Origin: an uncultured Verrucomicrobiota bacterium
Lineage (GTDB): Bacteria > Verrucomicrobiota > Kiritimatiellia > RFP12 > UBA1067
Direction of reading: 5' to 3'
Length of the DNA stretch: 64,000 nucleotides
NCBI GenBank assembly: GCA_945834475.1
Contig: CAMAHK010000003.1
Location: 900 to 64,899 of the forward strand
In this document: piece by piece, positions 16,255 through 23,988 of the stretch
Layout: each line of letters starts with the position of its first letter
Position numbering within the stretch: the stretch's first letter is position 1
Program-made: the position numbers and the translations under genes
Notes under the pieces: model-generated
The model's input: only the letters and a program-made list of their open reading frames with translations
What the model was told of the DNA's origin: nothing
The model's database searches: none

Positions 16255-18759
16255 TTACTTCTTCGCCTTGACGCCGAGGTCGGAGAGCTTCATCGAGATG
16301 ACGCGCGAGACGCCCTTCTCCTGCTGGGAGACGCCGTAGACGAGATCGCTGCCCGCAATCGTGTGCTGGTTGTGGGTGATGATCAGGAACTGCGACTGGG
16401 CGAGGAACTCCTGCAGCTGCGCGACGAAGCGGCCGATGTTCGCGTCGTCAAGCGCCGCGTCGAGCTCGTCGAGCATACAGAACGGCGCCGGCTTGATCAT
16501 GAAGATCGAGAACAACAGCGCGACGGCCGTCATCGTGCGCTCGCCGCCCGAGAGGAGCGTCACGGACTGCGGACGCTTGCCCGGCGGACGGGCGATGATG
16601 TCGATGCCGCATTCAAGCGGATCCTCTTCGTTCTCCAGCAGCACGAGGCGCGCCTCGCCGCCGCCGAAGAGCTTCGTGAACATCGTCTGGAAGTTCTTGT
16701 TCGCCGTCTCGAACGTCGAGCGGAACATCTGCCCCGACGTGTCGTTCAGGTTGCCGATGAGCTCCATGAGCTGCGCCTTCGCGGCGAGGAGATCTTCTTC
16801 CTGAGCCTTCTCGCGGGCGTAGCGCTCCTCGAGCTCGCGGCACTCATCGATGGCGACCATGTTGACGGGACCGAGCGCGGCGATTTCCGCCTGCAGGCGG
16901 CCGACGGTGCCCTCGAGCTCGTCCATCGGCGGCACGACGCCGCCCTTCCACTCGGGATCGGGCTCGCGCATCGCGGCGTCGGCGAAGAGGCCGTACTCGT
17001 CCTGCAAATGCTCGAAGACATTCTGGCGGCGCATATTCGCCTCGGTCGCCTGGACCTCGAGCTTGCCGCGGAAGTCACGCGCCTGGTCGAGCGCGCCGCG
17101 CTTCTGCGAGACCTGGGCATCCGCCGCCGTAATGCGCTGCAGCATCTCGGCGCGCTTGCCGCGCTCGTCGTTGATCGCGTCGACGTAGCTCTCGGCCTTC
17201 TGCTTGAGCTCGTCGAGCTGATCGAGGAGATCGCCGCTCTCTTCCGTCAGGCGGGCCATCGCGTCCTCATACTCGTTGATCGTCGCCTCACGTCCCTTGA
17301 TCACACGTTCGAGCTCGTCGTGACGCAGCTGGGCGGACGCCTCCTGCTGTCCGATGAACGAGAGCTCCTGCTCCATCTGGCTCGTCGCGATGCGGCATTC
17401 GGTCAGCTTCTGCGACGCGGGGATGTGCTGCATCTCCGCCGCACGGAGCTCGTCCTCGGCCTGCGTGACGACGGCCATCAGGTCCTCGCGCTTCATCATC
17501 GTCGTGACGCTCGTGCCGGCGCGCCAGGTCTCGACCGCGCCGTTGCGATTCACCTCGCTGTCGTTGACGAGCGTGCCCGTGCGGGTCGTCTCGGCGACTT
17601 CGCGGCGCCGCGCGGCGACCGCTTCGCGCTTCTGGTCGATCGTCTGCTGGAGGTTGTAGAATTCCTCTTCGGCGCGCGCGAGGGACTCCTTCTGCGCGGC
17701 GAGGGATTCCGTAAGGAAATGGGTCTTCTGGCTGAGCGACTCGGCCTGCATCCGCACCTCTTCGAGCTGCTGGTGCGACGCCGCAATCTCGGCCTTGTCA
17801 CGCGCGATGTACGTGCGGTATTCCTCGACACGCGTCGCATTGACGCCGATCACCTCGCGGCTGCGCTGGTACGCGCTCTCGGCCTGGGCCTGCTCGGCGG
17901 CGAGCTGCTGGAGACGGTCCTCAAGGGCGTGAACCTGCGCGTGGAGGTCCTGCGCCGTCTGCTCGGCCTCGGCGACGGTCTCCTGCGCCTCGGCGATTGC
18001 CTTGTCGATCTCGTTGCGGTTGATCGCGTTCTGCTCGAGTTCCTGATCGAAGGCGTGGATCTTCTGCTTCGAAACGTAAATGTCGAGCCCCTTGAGCTGG
18101 TCGCGGAGTTCCTTGTACTTCTGGGCCTTGCCGACCTGGCGCTGGAGGGATGCGATCTGCCGCTTCATTTCGCGGAGGACGTCCGCCTCGCGGAGAAGGT
18201 TCTGCTCGGTCTGCTCAATCTTGCGCAGGGCCTCCTTGCGATCCATCTTGAACTTCGTGATGCCGGCGGCCTCTTCGAAGACCGCGCGGCGGTCTTCGGG
18301 CTTGGACGAGAGAATCGCGTCGATCTGGCCCTGGGCCATCACCGAGTAGGAGCTTGTGCCGATACCCGTGCCCATGAAGAGATGCTGGACATCTTTGAGA
18401 CGGCTCTGCTGCTTGTTGATGAAATACTCGCCCGAGCCGTCGCGATAGACGCGGCGGGTGATCGTCACCTCATGATAGTCGGTGCCCAGTTCCTTCTCGC
18501 AGTCCGCAAACGTAATCGACACTTCCGCCGCGCCGAGGGGCTTGCGCGTGTCGGTTCCGTTGAAGACGACATCCGCTAGCTTCGAGCACCGAAGCGCCGT
18601 CGGCTTCTGTTCACCGAGCACCCACCGAATCGCATCCGAAACGTTGGACTTGCCGCACCCGTTCGGACCGACGATGGCAATCAACCCCGGATCAAAGTCG
18701 AGCCGCGTCTTGTCCGCGAACGACTTAAAGCCGAGAATTTCTAGTTGTTTCAGATACAT
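16255..18759 (-). CDS. smc: SMC-family chromosome segregation ATPase, short form without a recognisable hinge
   Basis: The N-terminal head is MYLKQLEILGFKSFADKTRLDFDPGLIAIVGPNGCGKSNVSDAIRWVLGEQ. The C-terminal head has LSGGERTMTAVALLFSIFMIKPAPFCMLDELDAALD. The ORF is only 834 aa. Confidence 0.85.
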   Translation of the reverse strand: MYLKQLEILGFKSFADKTRLDFDPGLIAIVGPNGCGKSNVSDAIRWVLGEQKPTALRCSKLADVVFNGTDTRKPLGAAEVSITFADCEKELGTDYHEVTITRRVYRDGSGEYFINKQQSRLKDVQHLFMGTGIGTSSYSVMAQGQIDAILSSKPEDRRAVFEEAAGITKFKMDRKEALRKIEQTEQNLLREADVLREMKRQIASLQRQVGKAQKYKELRDQLKGLDIYVSKQKIHAFDQELEQNAINRNEIDKAIAEAQETVAEAEQTAQDLHAQVHALEDRLQQLAAEQAQAESAYQRSREVIGVNATRVEEYRTYIARDKAEIAASHQQLEEVRMQAESLSQKTHFLTESLAAQKESLARAEEEFYNLQQTIDQKREAVAARRREVAETTRTGTLVNDSEVNRNGAVETWRAGTSVTTMMKREDLMAVVTQAEDELRAAEMQHIPASQKLTECRIATSQMEQELSFIGQQEASAQLRHDELERVIKGREATINEYEDAMARLTEESGDLLDQLDELKQKAESYVDAINDERGKRAEMLQRITAADAQVSQKRGALDQARDFRGKLEVQATEANMRRQNVFEHLQDEYGLFADAAMREPDPEWKGGVVPPMDELEGTVGRLQAEIAALGPVNMVAIDECRELEERYAREKAQEEDLLAAKAQLMELIGNLNDTSGQMFRSTFETANKNFQTMFTKLFGGGEARLVLLENEEDPLECGIDIIARPPGKRPQSVTLLSGGERTMTAVALLFSIFMIKPAPFCMLDELDAALDDANIGRFVAQLQEFLAQSQFLIITHNQHTIAGSDLVYGVSQQEKGVSRVISMKLSDLGVKAKK

Positions 18760-18767
18760 CGGTGGAT

Positions 18768-18776
18768 ATTATATCA
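18768..18776 (-). promoter_or_regulatory. Extended -10 box TGATATAAT, 8 nt upstream of the smc ATG
   Basis: The minus strand reads TGATATAATATCCACCG-ATG with no SD. Confidence 0.55.
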
Positions 18777-18778
18777 AA

Positions 18779-18811
18779 ATTCCATGATTGTGCCTGGCAC
18801 AATCATGGAAT
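18779..18811 (-). terminator. Probable intrinsic terminator after the GH84 gene (16-bp perfect hairpin followed by a T-run), abutting the smc -10 box
   Basis: ATTCCATGATTGTGCC-T-GGCACAATCATGGAAT. On the minus strand the hairpin is followed by TTTTG. Confidence 0.55.
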
Positions 18812-18826
18812 GTGGATGGAATTGCA

Positions 18827-20689
18827 TCACTTGTCGACGAGCGCCTCGAGGAGTGCGTCGACGGAATTGATCGCGCCCGTCACGTCTACCCGGAAGAGGT
18901 TAAGCTTGACGTCAACAGGCTTGTCGGAAACATTGCGGACACGCACCCGCTTCCAGTTTCCAGCCGGAATCGTCTGCGCCAGAAGGCGTCCCTCGGTCCG
19001 CACGACATTCGGCACGTTCTGCCAGGTCTTGCCGTCAGCCGAAACCTCAAGGACGCAGGCTTCCCGCGCCGTCACGCTGCCGAGGCGGACGTCAATCGTT
19101 CTGACGGCGACGCCGTCTGGGAGCTGTAGCCCCAGCCATTCGTCCGAAGCGAACTGACGCTGCTCGAAGACGCGTTCGAGGCCCACCGAAGATTCTTCCT
19201 GATACAGCACGGGCTTCGGGAAGGCCACCGCGCCGGTCAGGGCCTTCAGGCCGAAGACGTCGGCGAAGTCGCATCCCTTCTGCACCCGATACTCGCGCGC
19301 CAACGAGAACCGCAGGAGGTCAATGACCATCGGCAAAATCTCCTTATCAGCCGTATGCGGCGGCTTGATGTAACGACGGTCGTTCTCGAATGTCGCGGCG
19401 CGGAACTTCGCCATGTGATTCTGCTGGGTCAGCTTCTGGAAGTGGCGTCCCTTGTAGAGTCGATTGACGGCCTTCTGGCAGTGGCGGTGATCGCGGTTCT
19501 CCAAGAGGTCGAGTACGATCATGCCGCAGTCCATCATGTGCATCTGGTCGAGAAGCCAGCCCTCAAGCTCCCAGAACATCTCGGGATTCTCCGCCGGCAG
19601 CTTCCGGACGAGCGTGAATGTTGCGTTGTCGAGTTCAAGGAAGAGTTTGTAAAGCTTGTCACGCGTCTCTTCCGAAAGGTCGCCATACTTCTTCAGTTCG
19701 GTGCGCACCGCATGACAGATCGGTGCCGCGGCGACGCTCTCCTCGCGATGATAACCATGACCGTTCGGGCCCTGGTCAGAGTTGTGGAGCGCAAAGATGC
19801 GCATCGCGGCGGCGACCTCGGGATCGGTGAAGATCTGCGCGAAGCCCTCGTCCCAAGCCTTCTGCGAATCGAATCCCGACGGATTCTTGCACCATTCGCC
19901 AAAGCTATGGATCGCGATCTTGTTGAGCTCGCAGTTCTCCATCGGATTCAGCACCACGCCCGCGTAGGTGCAGGCATCAAGACCATAGAGGCGTCCGAGA
20001 AGCACCTTCGAGCGGCAGTAGTCGTTCACCGGCCAGTTCCACCAGATGAACGGGGGACGCCGGAAGTCGGCCGTGATCTTCGCGACGTCCTCGGCGCGGA
20101 TGTCGGAGCAGATCGCACGACCCGTCCACATGATCATCGCCGTCTTGTCGAGCTTCTCGCCGAGCTGCTTCTGGTACGGGTGTCCGAAACCCCAGTAGAC
20201 GTTCGGACAGACGAGCAGCGGTGCACAGTCGCCCTTCTTTTGAAGAAACTCCCCGATGACACGGTTGCCGATCGTCGCGTGGAGATCCGCGTCCGCCGCG
20301 CCAAAGTCGTCGAAGAAGACCGCGAACGAGCGCACGCCGAGCGCATACATCGCCTCGAGCTTACCGAAGAGCGCGACATACTCATCCTTGAAGTTGCCAA
20401 GATGGATCGCCCAGTAGAAGTTGATGCGATTCGCCTGGGCGACCTTCAGGAGCTTTTGGAAGTCCGCCGCCTCCTTCGCGGGATACGGCTCGCGCCACTT
20501 CGCGTGATGGTACGGATCGTCCTTCGGCCCGTAGATGAAGGTGTTAAGGTCGCGCGATCCCATAAAGTTCATCAGCGAGACACGGCCGTCGGTTCCCCAC
20601 GGACGCCCGTAATAGCCTTCAACCACACCACGATATTGCGGCGCGGAGATTGTCGATGCTGCCAGAAACACGGCACTCAAGAATGTCAT
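18827..20689 (-). CDS. GH84 beta-N-acetylglucosaminidase (O-GlcNAcase/NagJ-like) with a C-terminal discoidin-like domain
   Basis: It has a signal peptide. Motifs are YRGVVEGYYGRPW ... FIYGPKDDPYH ... FAVFFDDF ... WTG. Confidence 0.85.
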   Translation of the reverse strand: MTFLSAVFLAASTISAPQYRGVVEGYYGRPWGTDGRVSLMNFMGSRDLNTFIYGPKDDPYHHAKWREPYPAKEAADFQKLLKVAQANRINFYWAIHLGNFKDEYVALFGKLEAMYALGVRSFAVFFDDFGAADADLHATIGNRVIGEFLQKKGDCAPLLVCPNVYWGFGHPYQKQLGEKLDKTAMIMWTGRAICSDIRAEDVAKITADFRRPPFIWWNWPVNDYCRSKVLLGRLYGLDACTYAGVVLNPMENCELNKIAIHSFGEWCKNPSGFDSQKAWDEGFAQIFTDPEVAAAMRIFALHNSDQGPNGHGYHREESVAAAPICHAVRTELKKYGDLSEETRDKLYKLFLELDNATFTLVRKLPAENPEMFWELEGWLLDQMHMMDCGMIVLDLLENRDHRHCQKAVNRLYKGRHFQKLTQQNHMAKFRAATFENDRRYIKPPHTADKEILPMVIDLLRFSLAREYRVQKGCDFADVFGLKALTGAVAFPKPVLYQEESSVGLERVFEQRQFASDEWLGLQLPDGVAVRTIDVRLGSVTAREACVLEVSADGKTWQNVPNVVRTEGRLLAQTIPAGNWKRVRVRNVSDKPVDVKLNLFRVDVTGAINSVDALLEALVDK

Positions 20690-20715
20690 TTGTTTTCCCC
20701 TTATTTCTTAAAAAA

Positions 20716-21573
20716 TCAATCTCCGACCATCGCGGCGTGGATGTCCGTCTCGCCCAAAAGCGCGGCAATCAGACGATCGACGCCCAGCGCCACGCCCGAG
20801 GCGCTTTTCATCAACGGCACAAGCGACAGGAACTCCTCGTCGATCGGATAGTCACTCTCGCCCAAGGTCTTGCGCTCCTCCCGGGCCGCGACAAAGCGCC
20901 GCCGCTGCTCGCCTTCGTCACAGAGCTCCGTGAAGCAATTCGCGAGCTCGATGCCGTCCAGATAGAGTTCCCACCGCTCCGCCACGCCGTCCCGAACGAC
21001 GGCTAGGGACGACGCCTGCGGCGGATAATCCCACAGCGAGACGAGTCCCGCGCCGAGGGACGGCTCGATCTTCGTCGCCATATCGTAGTCGAAACGATCC
21101 TGATCCCAATCCGTCCACGGATCCCACCCCGCGACGCGGCGGTAGGCATCGCGCACCTTCAGTTCGCGGAAAGCCGTGTCCGTCCGCGATGAGCAACGCG
21201 ACAGCAGACGCGTCAGGAGCCCCTTCATGTCGCGATAGATGTCGCGATAGTCGGCGTTCCGCCGATACCACTCGATCATCGTAAACTCGGAATTGTGCCG
21301 CGCGCCGAATTCGCCTTCGCGAAAGCAGGGACCGATCTGATAGATTCGGTCCATGCCCGCGGCCAGCAGCTTTTTCATCTGCAATTCAGGGGACGCCCGC
21401 AGATAGGAGACTTCACCCCCCCTGACGACGGTCGGACAGTCAATGTGCGGCTCCGGCGCCGGCGCTGCGATCCGTACGGGCGTCGTCACCTCGACGAAGT
21501 CCTCCGCGTCAAAAAACGCACGAATCTCGCGAACGATCCGCGAGCGCTTTTCAAGATTCGCGATGAGGTCCAT
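20716..21573 (-). CDS. epmA: EF-P lysine aminoacylase (EpmA/GenX/PoxA, class II LysRS paralogue)
   Basis: 285 aa with FVEVTTP, GPCFREGEFGARHNSEFTMIEWY and GVALGVDRL class II aaRS core motifs. It has no anticodon-binding domain. Confidence 0.85.
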   Translation of the reverse strand: MDLIANLEKRSRIVREIRAFFDAEDFVEVTTPVRIAAPAPEPHIDCPTVVRGGEVSYLRASPELQMKKLLAAGMDRIYQIGPCFREGEFGARHNSEFTMIEWYRRNADYRDIYRDMKGLLTRLLSRCSSRTDTAFRELKVRDAYRRVAGWDPWTDWDQDRFDYDMATKIEPSLGAGLVSLWDYPPQASSLAVVRDGVAERWELYLDGIELANCFTELCDEGEQRRRFVAAREERKTLGESDYPIDEEFLSLVPLMKSASGVALGVDRLIAALLGETDIHAAMVGD

Positions 21574-21668
21574 TACACGAAGCGGTACTCGAACTTGAAG
21601 TACTTGACCTTAGCTCCGCCGCACAACAGGAAAGCGACAGCAGCCAGTAGTGTTTTGATTTTGCTCAT
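21573..21668 (-). CDS. Possible 31-aa lipoprotein/small peptide (MSKIKTLLAAVAFLLCGGAKVKYFKFEYRFV)
   Basis: This is an internal ATG of the track ORF 21573-21836. An AAGGAA SD lies 8 nt upstream. It has an LLCG lipobox-like site, and its stop overlaps the epmA start (TAATG). A TGGTATAAT box lies 51 nt upstream. Confidence 0.3.
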   Translation of the reverse strand: MSKIKTLLAAVAFLLCGGAKVKYFKFEYRFV

Positions 21669-21719
21669 TTGTGTTTTCCTTGTCTGTTGTACGACATATC
21701 GTGCGATTCTCCAGCAAAT

Positions 21720-21728
21720 ATTATACCA
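21720..21728 (-). promoter_or_regulatory. Extended -10 box TGGTATAAT upstream of the small ORF/epmA unit (51-nt leader)
   Basis: The minus strand reads TGGTATAAT in the AT-richer spacer after the M16 peptidase stop. Confidence 0.45.
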
Positions 21729-21789
21729 CACTCCCGAGCAATCACACAACCGCCTGTCTAACGAGTTCTTGGACTCCTCCGGTAGGCAG

Positions 21790-23112
21790 TCATTCACGCC
21801 CGTTTGACATCGTTTTCGGCAAAACCAAACTGACACTCGCGTTTTCGGGACGGAAGATTTCCGCCGCCACGGCCTGGACGTCGGCGGCTGTCACGCGCTT
21901 GATGGCCTCGACCTGTTCTTGCGGCATCACCAGGCGGTCAAACGAGAGCGCGGTGTTGCCGTAGAAGAAGAGCTTCGACGTCACCTTCTCGTGCGAGAGC
22001 CGGAAATTGCCAACAAGGAACTCCTTGATGCGCTTGAGCTCCGTCACCGAGACACGCTTCGCCACCAGCTTCTGCAACTCCCGGTCGATCGTCGCACGGG
22101 CCTTGTCGCCCTTCGCGGCGTCGAGTCCCGCCGTGATCGAGAGAAAGCCCGCATCCTGAAAGAACTGCATCCGCGAGGAAATGTCATAACTGAGTCCGCG
22201 CTTCTCGCGCACTTCCTGAAAAAGCCGGCTTGACATGCCACGTCCGAGGATCGCGTCCAGCACCGTCGCCGCGTACTTGCGCTCGTCGTGGATGCCGAAC
22301 GTGCGATACCCGAGCGCGAGCTGCGCCTGATTGACATCCTTGCGCGCGACGACTTCGGGGGTCGGAGGAAGGAGAACTGCGGAAGAAATGTTTTTATTCC
22401 GACGCGACAGGAGTGTCGCGTCCCCGGCTGGCGTGGACAATGGGGACGCGACACTCTTGTCGCGTCGCAACAAAGATTTCCCACCTCTTTCCCCCAGAGC
22501 CCGCGCGACGACGTCAAGCGCCATCTCGGGCTCGAATGCGCCGACGACGACGGCTATCGTGGCCGTCGGCAGGTAGTGCGCCTTGATATACTGGCGCAAG
22601 TCGTCCGGCGTCAGCGGTCCGAGCGACTTCGCACTGCCGGCGACGGGACGCCCGAGAGGATGCTTCGGGAAGAGCGCGGCCTGCAGGTTCTCCATCGCGA
22701 CGCAGTCCGGCTCGTCCGCATACATTTTGATTTCCTCGATCACGACATCCTTCTCGCGTGCGAACTCGTCAGCGGGAATCGTCGCGTTGAGGTACATGTC
22801 GGAAATGATGTCGACCGCCTCCTCCAGATACTCGCTCGGCAAATGCACGAAGTAGCAGGTCGATTCCTCGCCCGTACAGGCGTTGAAGTTGCCGCCACGT
22901 CCTTCGATCGCCCGCGTGATGTCGATCGGGCGCCGCGTGGGCGTCCCCTTGAAAAGCATGTGTTCGATGAAATGCGAAATGCCAGCCGTCTTCGCCGTCT
23001 CATGGCGCGAGCCGGACGCAATGAAGAGTCCGAACGCAACGGACTCCGCTTCACAGGGAACCAGCACGACTCGAAGGCCGTTGGATAGAATGTGTTGCTG
23101 AGGACGATTCAT
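21790..23112 (-). CDS. M16-family (pitrilysin-like) zinc peptidase
   Basis: HFIEHMLFKGT zinc-binding motif (HxxEH) in a 440-aa ORF. It is interrupted by a 68-bp palindromic element at 22400-22467. Confidence 0.9.
   Translation of the reverse strand: MNRPQQHILSNGLRVVLVPCEAESVAFGLFIASGSRHETAKTAGISHFIEHMLFKGTPTRRPIDITRAIEGRGGNFNACTGEESTCYFVHLPSEYLEEAVDIISDMYLNATIPADEFAREKDVVIEEIKMYADEPDCVAMENLQAALFPKHPLGRPVAGSAKSLGPLTPDDLRQYIKAHYLPTATIAVVVGAFEPEMALDVVARALGERGGKSLLRRDKSVASPLSTPAGDATLLSRRNKNISSAVLLPPTPEVVARKDVNQAQLALGYRTFGIHDERKYAATVLDAILGRGMSSRLFQEVREKRGLSYDISSRMQFFQDAGFLSITAGLDAAKGDKARATIDRELQKLVAKRVSVTELKRIKEFLVGNFRLSHEKVTSKLFFYGNTALSFDRLVMPQEQVEAIKRVTAADVQAVAAEIFRPENASVSLVLPKTMSNGRE
22400..22467. 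repeat. Class-2 68-bp nested palindrome (in the M16 peptidase gene)
   Basis: CGACGCGACAGGAGTGTCGCGTCCCC ... GGGGACGCGACACTCTTGTCGCGTCG. Each arm contains GCGACA..TGTCGC. It is translated as RRDKSVASPLSTPAGDATLLSRR. Confidence 0.9.
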
Positions 23113-23951
23113 AAAACCTTAACAAGGCCGACCGCCGCGGAGTAGCCCGCACCGAAGCCGGCGATCAAGGCTGTGGCTCCGCCGGTCGGGATGCGGTCCG
23201 TGTTCGTCGCAAGCGTCAGCGGAATCGAACAGCTCCCCGGATTCTTGAGCGCGGGATCGAGCGTCAGGAGTTGCTCCGTGAGGCCGAGAGCTTTCGCAAG
23301 CTGGCGGACCATGTAGGGGTTCGCCTGGTGGGGGATGAAGAGCGCCGCGCCCGAGGCTGGCCGCGGTACGGCGCTGGTCACGAAGCGATCCAGCATCGCC
23401 TTCACTTCGGTCGCCACGAAGGTGAAGACCTTCATGCCATCCATATGGATCGGACCCGTCGCCGAGCAGGTCAGCGCATCGTCGGCGCGCGAGAGAAAAT
23501 CGAAATAGCTCTTCTCCGTCGCTGTCGCATCGGACGAGATGACGCTCACGGTCATCGCGTCGGAAAAGATCTCGCCCGTCGCGTGATCGGCGCGATCGAC
23601 GAGCGGCGTCTGGCAGTCGCCGTTGACGACAAGCACCTTCTTGCCCGTATCCGCCGCGAGGCGTCCCGCGAGATAGACGGCGTACGGATACGCGCTGCAG
23701 GCCATCTGCAAGTCAAACGCCGGCGTTGAAGGCGAAAGGCCGAGCTCCGCGGCGACGCGCACCGCCAATGAGGGAAAGCGCTCGGGATTCGAAAACGTCG
23801 CGGCAATCACCCCGCCGACGTTCTCGACGGGCCCGAGGGACTGAAGGGCTTCACGAACAAGGGCAAGATGGCCTGGAGACGCCGCGGGCGAGGCGCACCG
23901 CGGTACGGAATAAGAAACCTTCTCAATGACAACAAGAGGAACTTCCACCAT
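23109..23951 (-). CDS. KAS-III (FabH)-like condensing enzyme, short form
   Basis: Cys (MACSAY), His (IPHQANP) and Asn (NPGSCSIP) triad context plus C-terminal GFGAGYS. ATGA overlap with the M16 peptidase gene. A repeat arm lies near the N-terminus. Confidence 0.7.
   Translation of the reverse strand: MVEVPLVVIEKVSYSVPRCASPAASPGHLALVREALQSLGPVENVGGVIAATFSNPERFPSLAVRVAAELGLSPSTPAFDLQMACSAYPYAVYLAGRLAADTGKKVLVVNGDCQTPLVDRADHATGEIFSDAMTVSVISSDATATEKSYFDFLSRADDALTCSATGPIHMDGMKVFTFVATEVKAMLDRFVTSAVPRPASGAALFIPHQANPYMVRQLAKALGLTEQLLTLDPALKNPGSCSIPLTLATNTDRIPTGGATALIAGFGAGYSAAVGLVKVL
23875..23906. repeat. Class-1 element, solo arm (in the KAS-III-like gene)
   Basis: GGAGACGCCGCGGGCGAGGCGCACCGCGGTAC, translated as VPRCASPAASP. 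Confidence 0.8.
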
Positions 23952-23952
23952 T

Positions 23953-23988
23953 CTTCAACTTCAACTCAACACTTCAACTTCTCTCAAC
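23953..23988. repeat. (CTTCAA/CTCAAC)n array filling the whole ptsI to KAS-III-like spacer
   Basis: On the coding strand it reads GTTGAGAGAAGTTGAAGTGTTGAGTTGAAGTTGAAGA directly before the ATG at 23951. Confidence 0.75.

Noticed and set aside
17505-17600. The SMC apex segment as another palindromic-element insertion replacing the hinge.
   Set aside because: I found only an 8-nt inverted match (ACGCTCGT / ACGAGCGT) and a weak direct repeat. There is no similarity to the class-1 or class-2 arms, which is insufficient evidence.
15142-18579. Very long plus-strand ORFs. The main example is 1145 aa at 15142-18579; others are 200-1465, 23926-25911, 28978-30975, 34867-36750, 41344-42741 and 58889-60622.
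   Set aside because: All lie antisense to minus-strand genes with unmistakable conserved motifs (smc, lepA, ptsI, kdsA/lptA, mutS, proC and others). Their translations are Arg/His/Leu/Asp-rich low-information strings, typical of shadow ORFs in GC-rich DNA.
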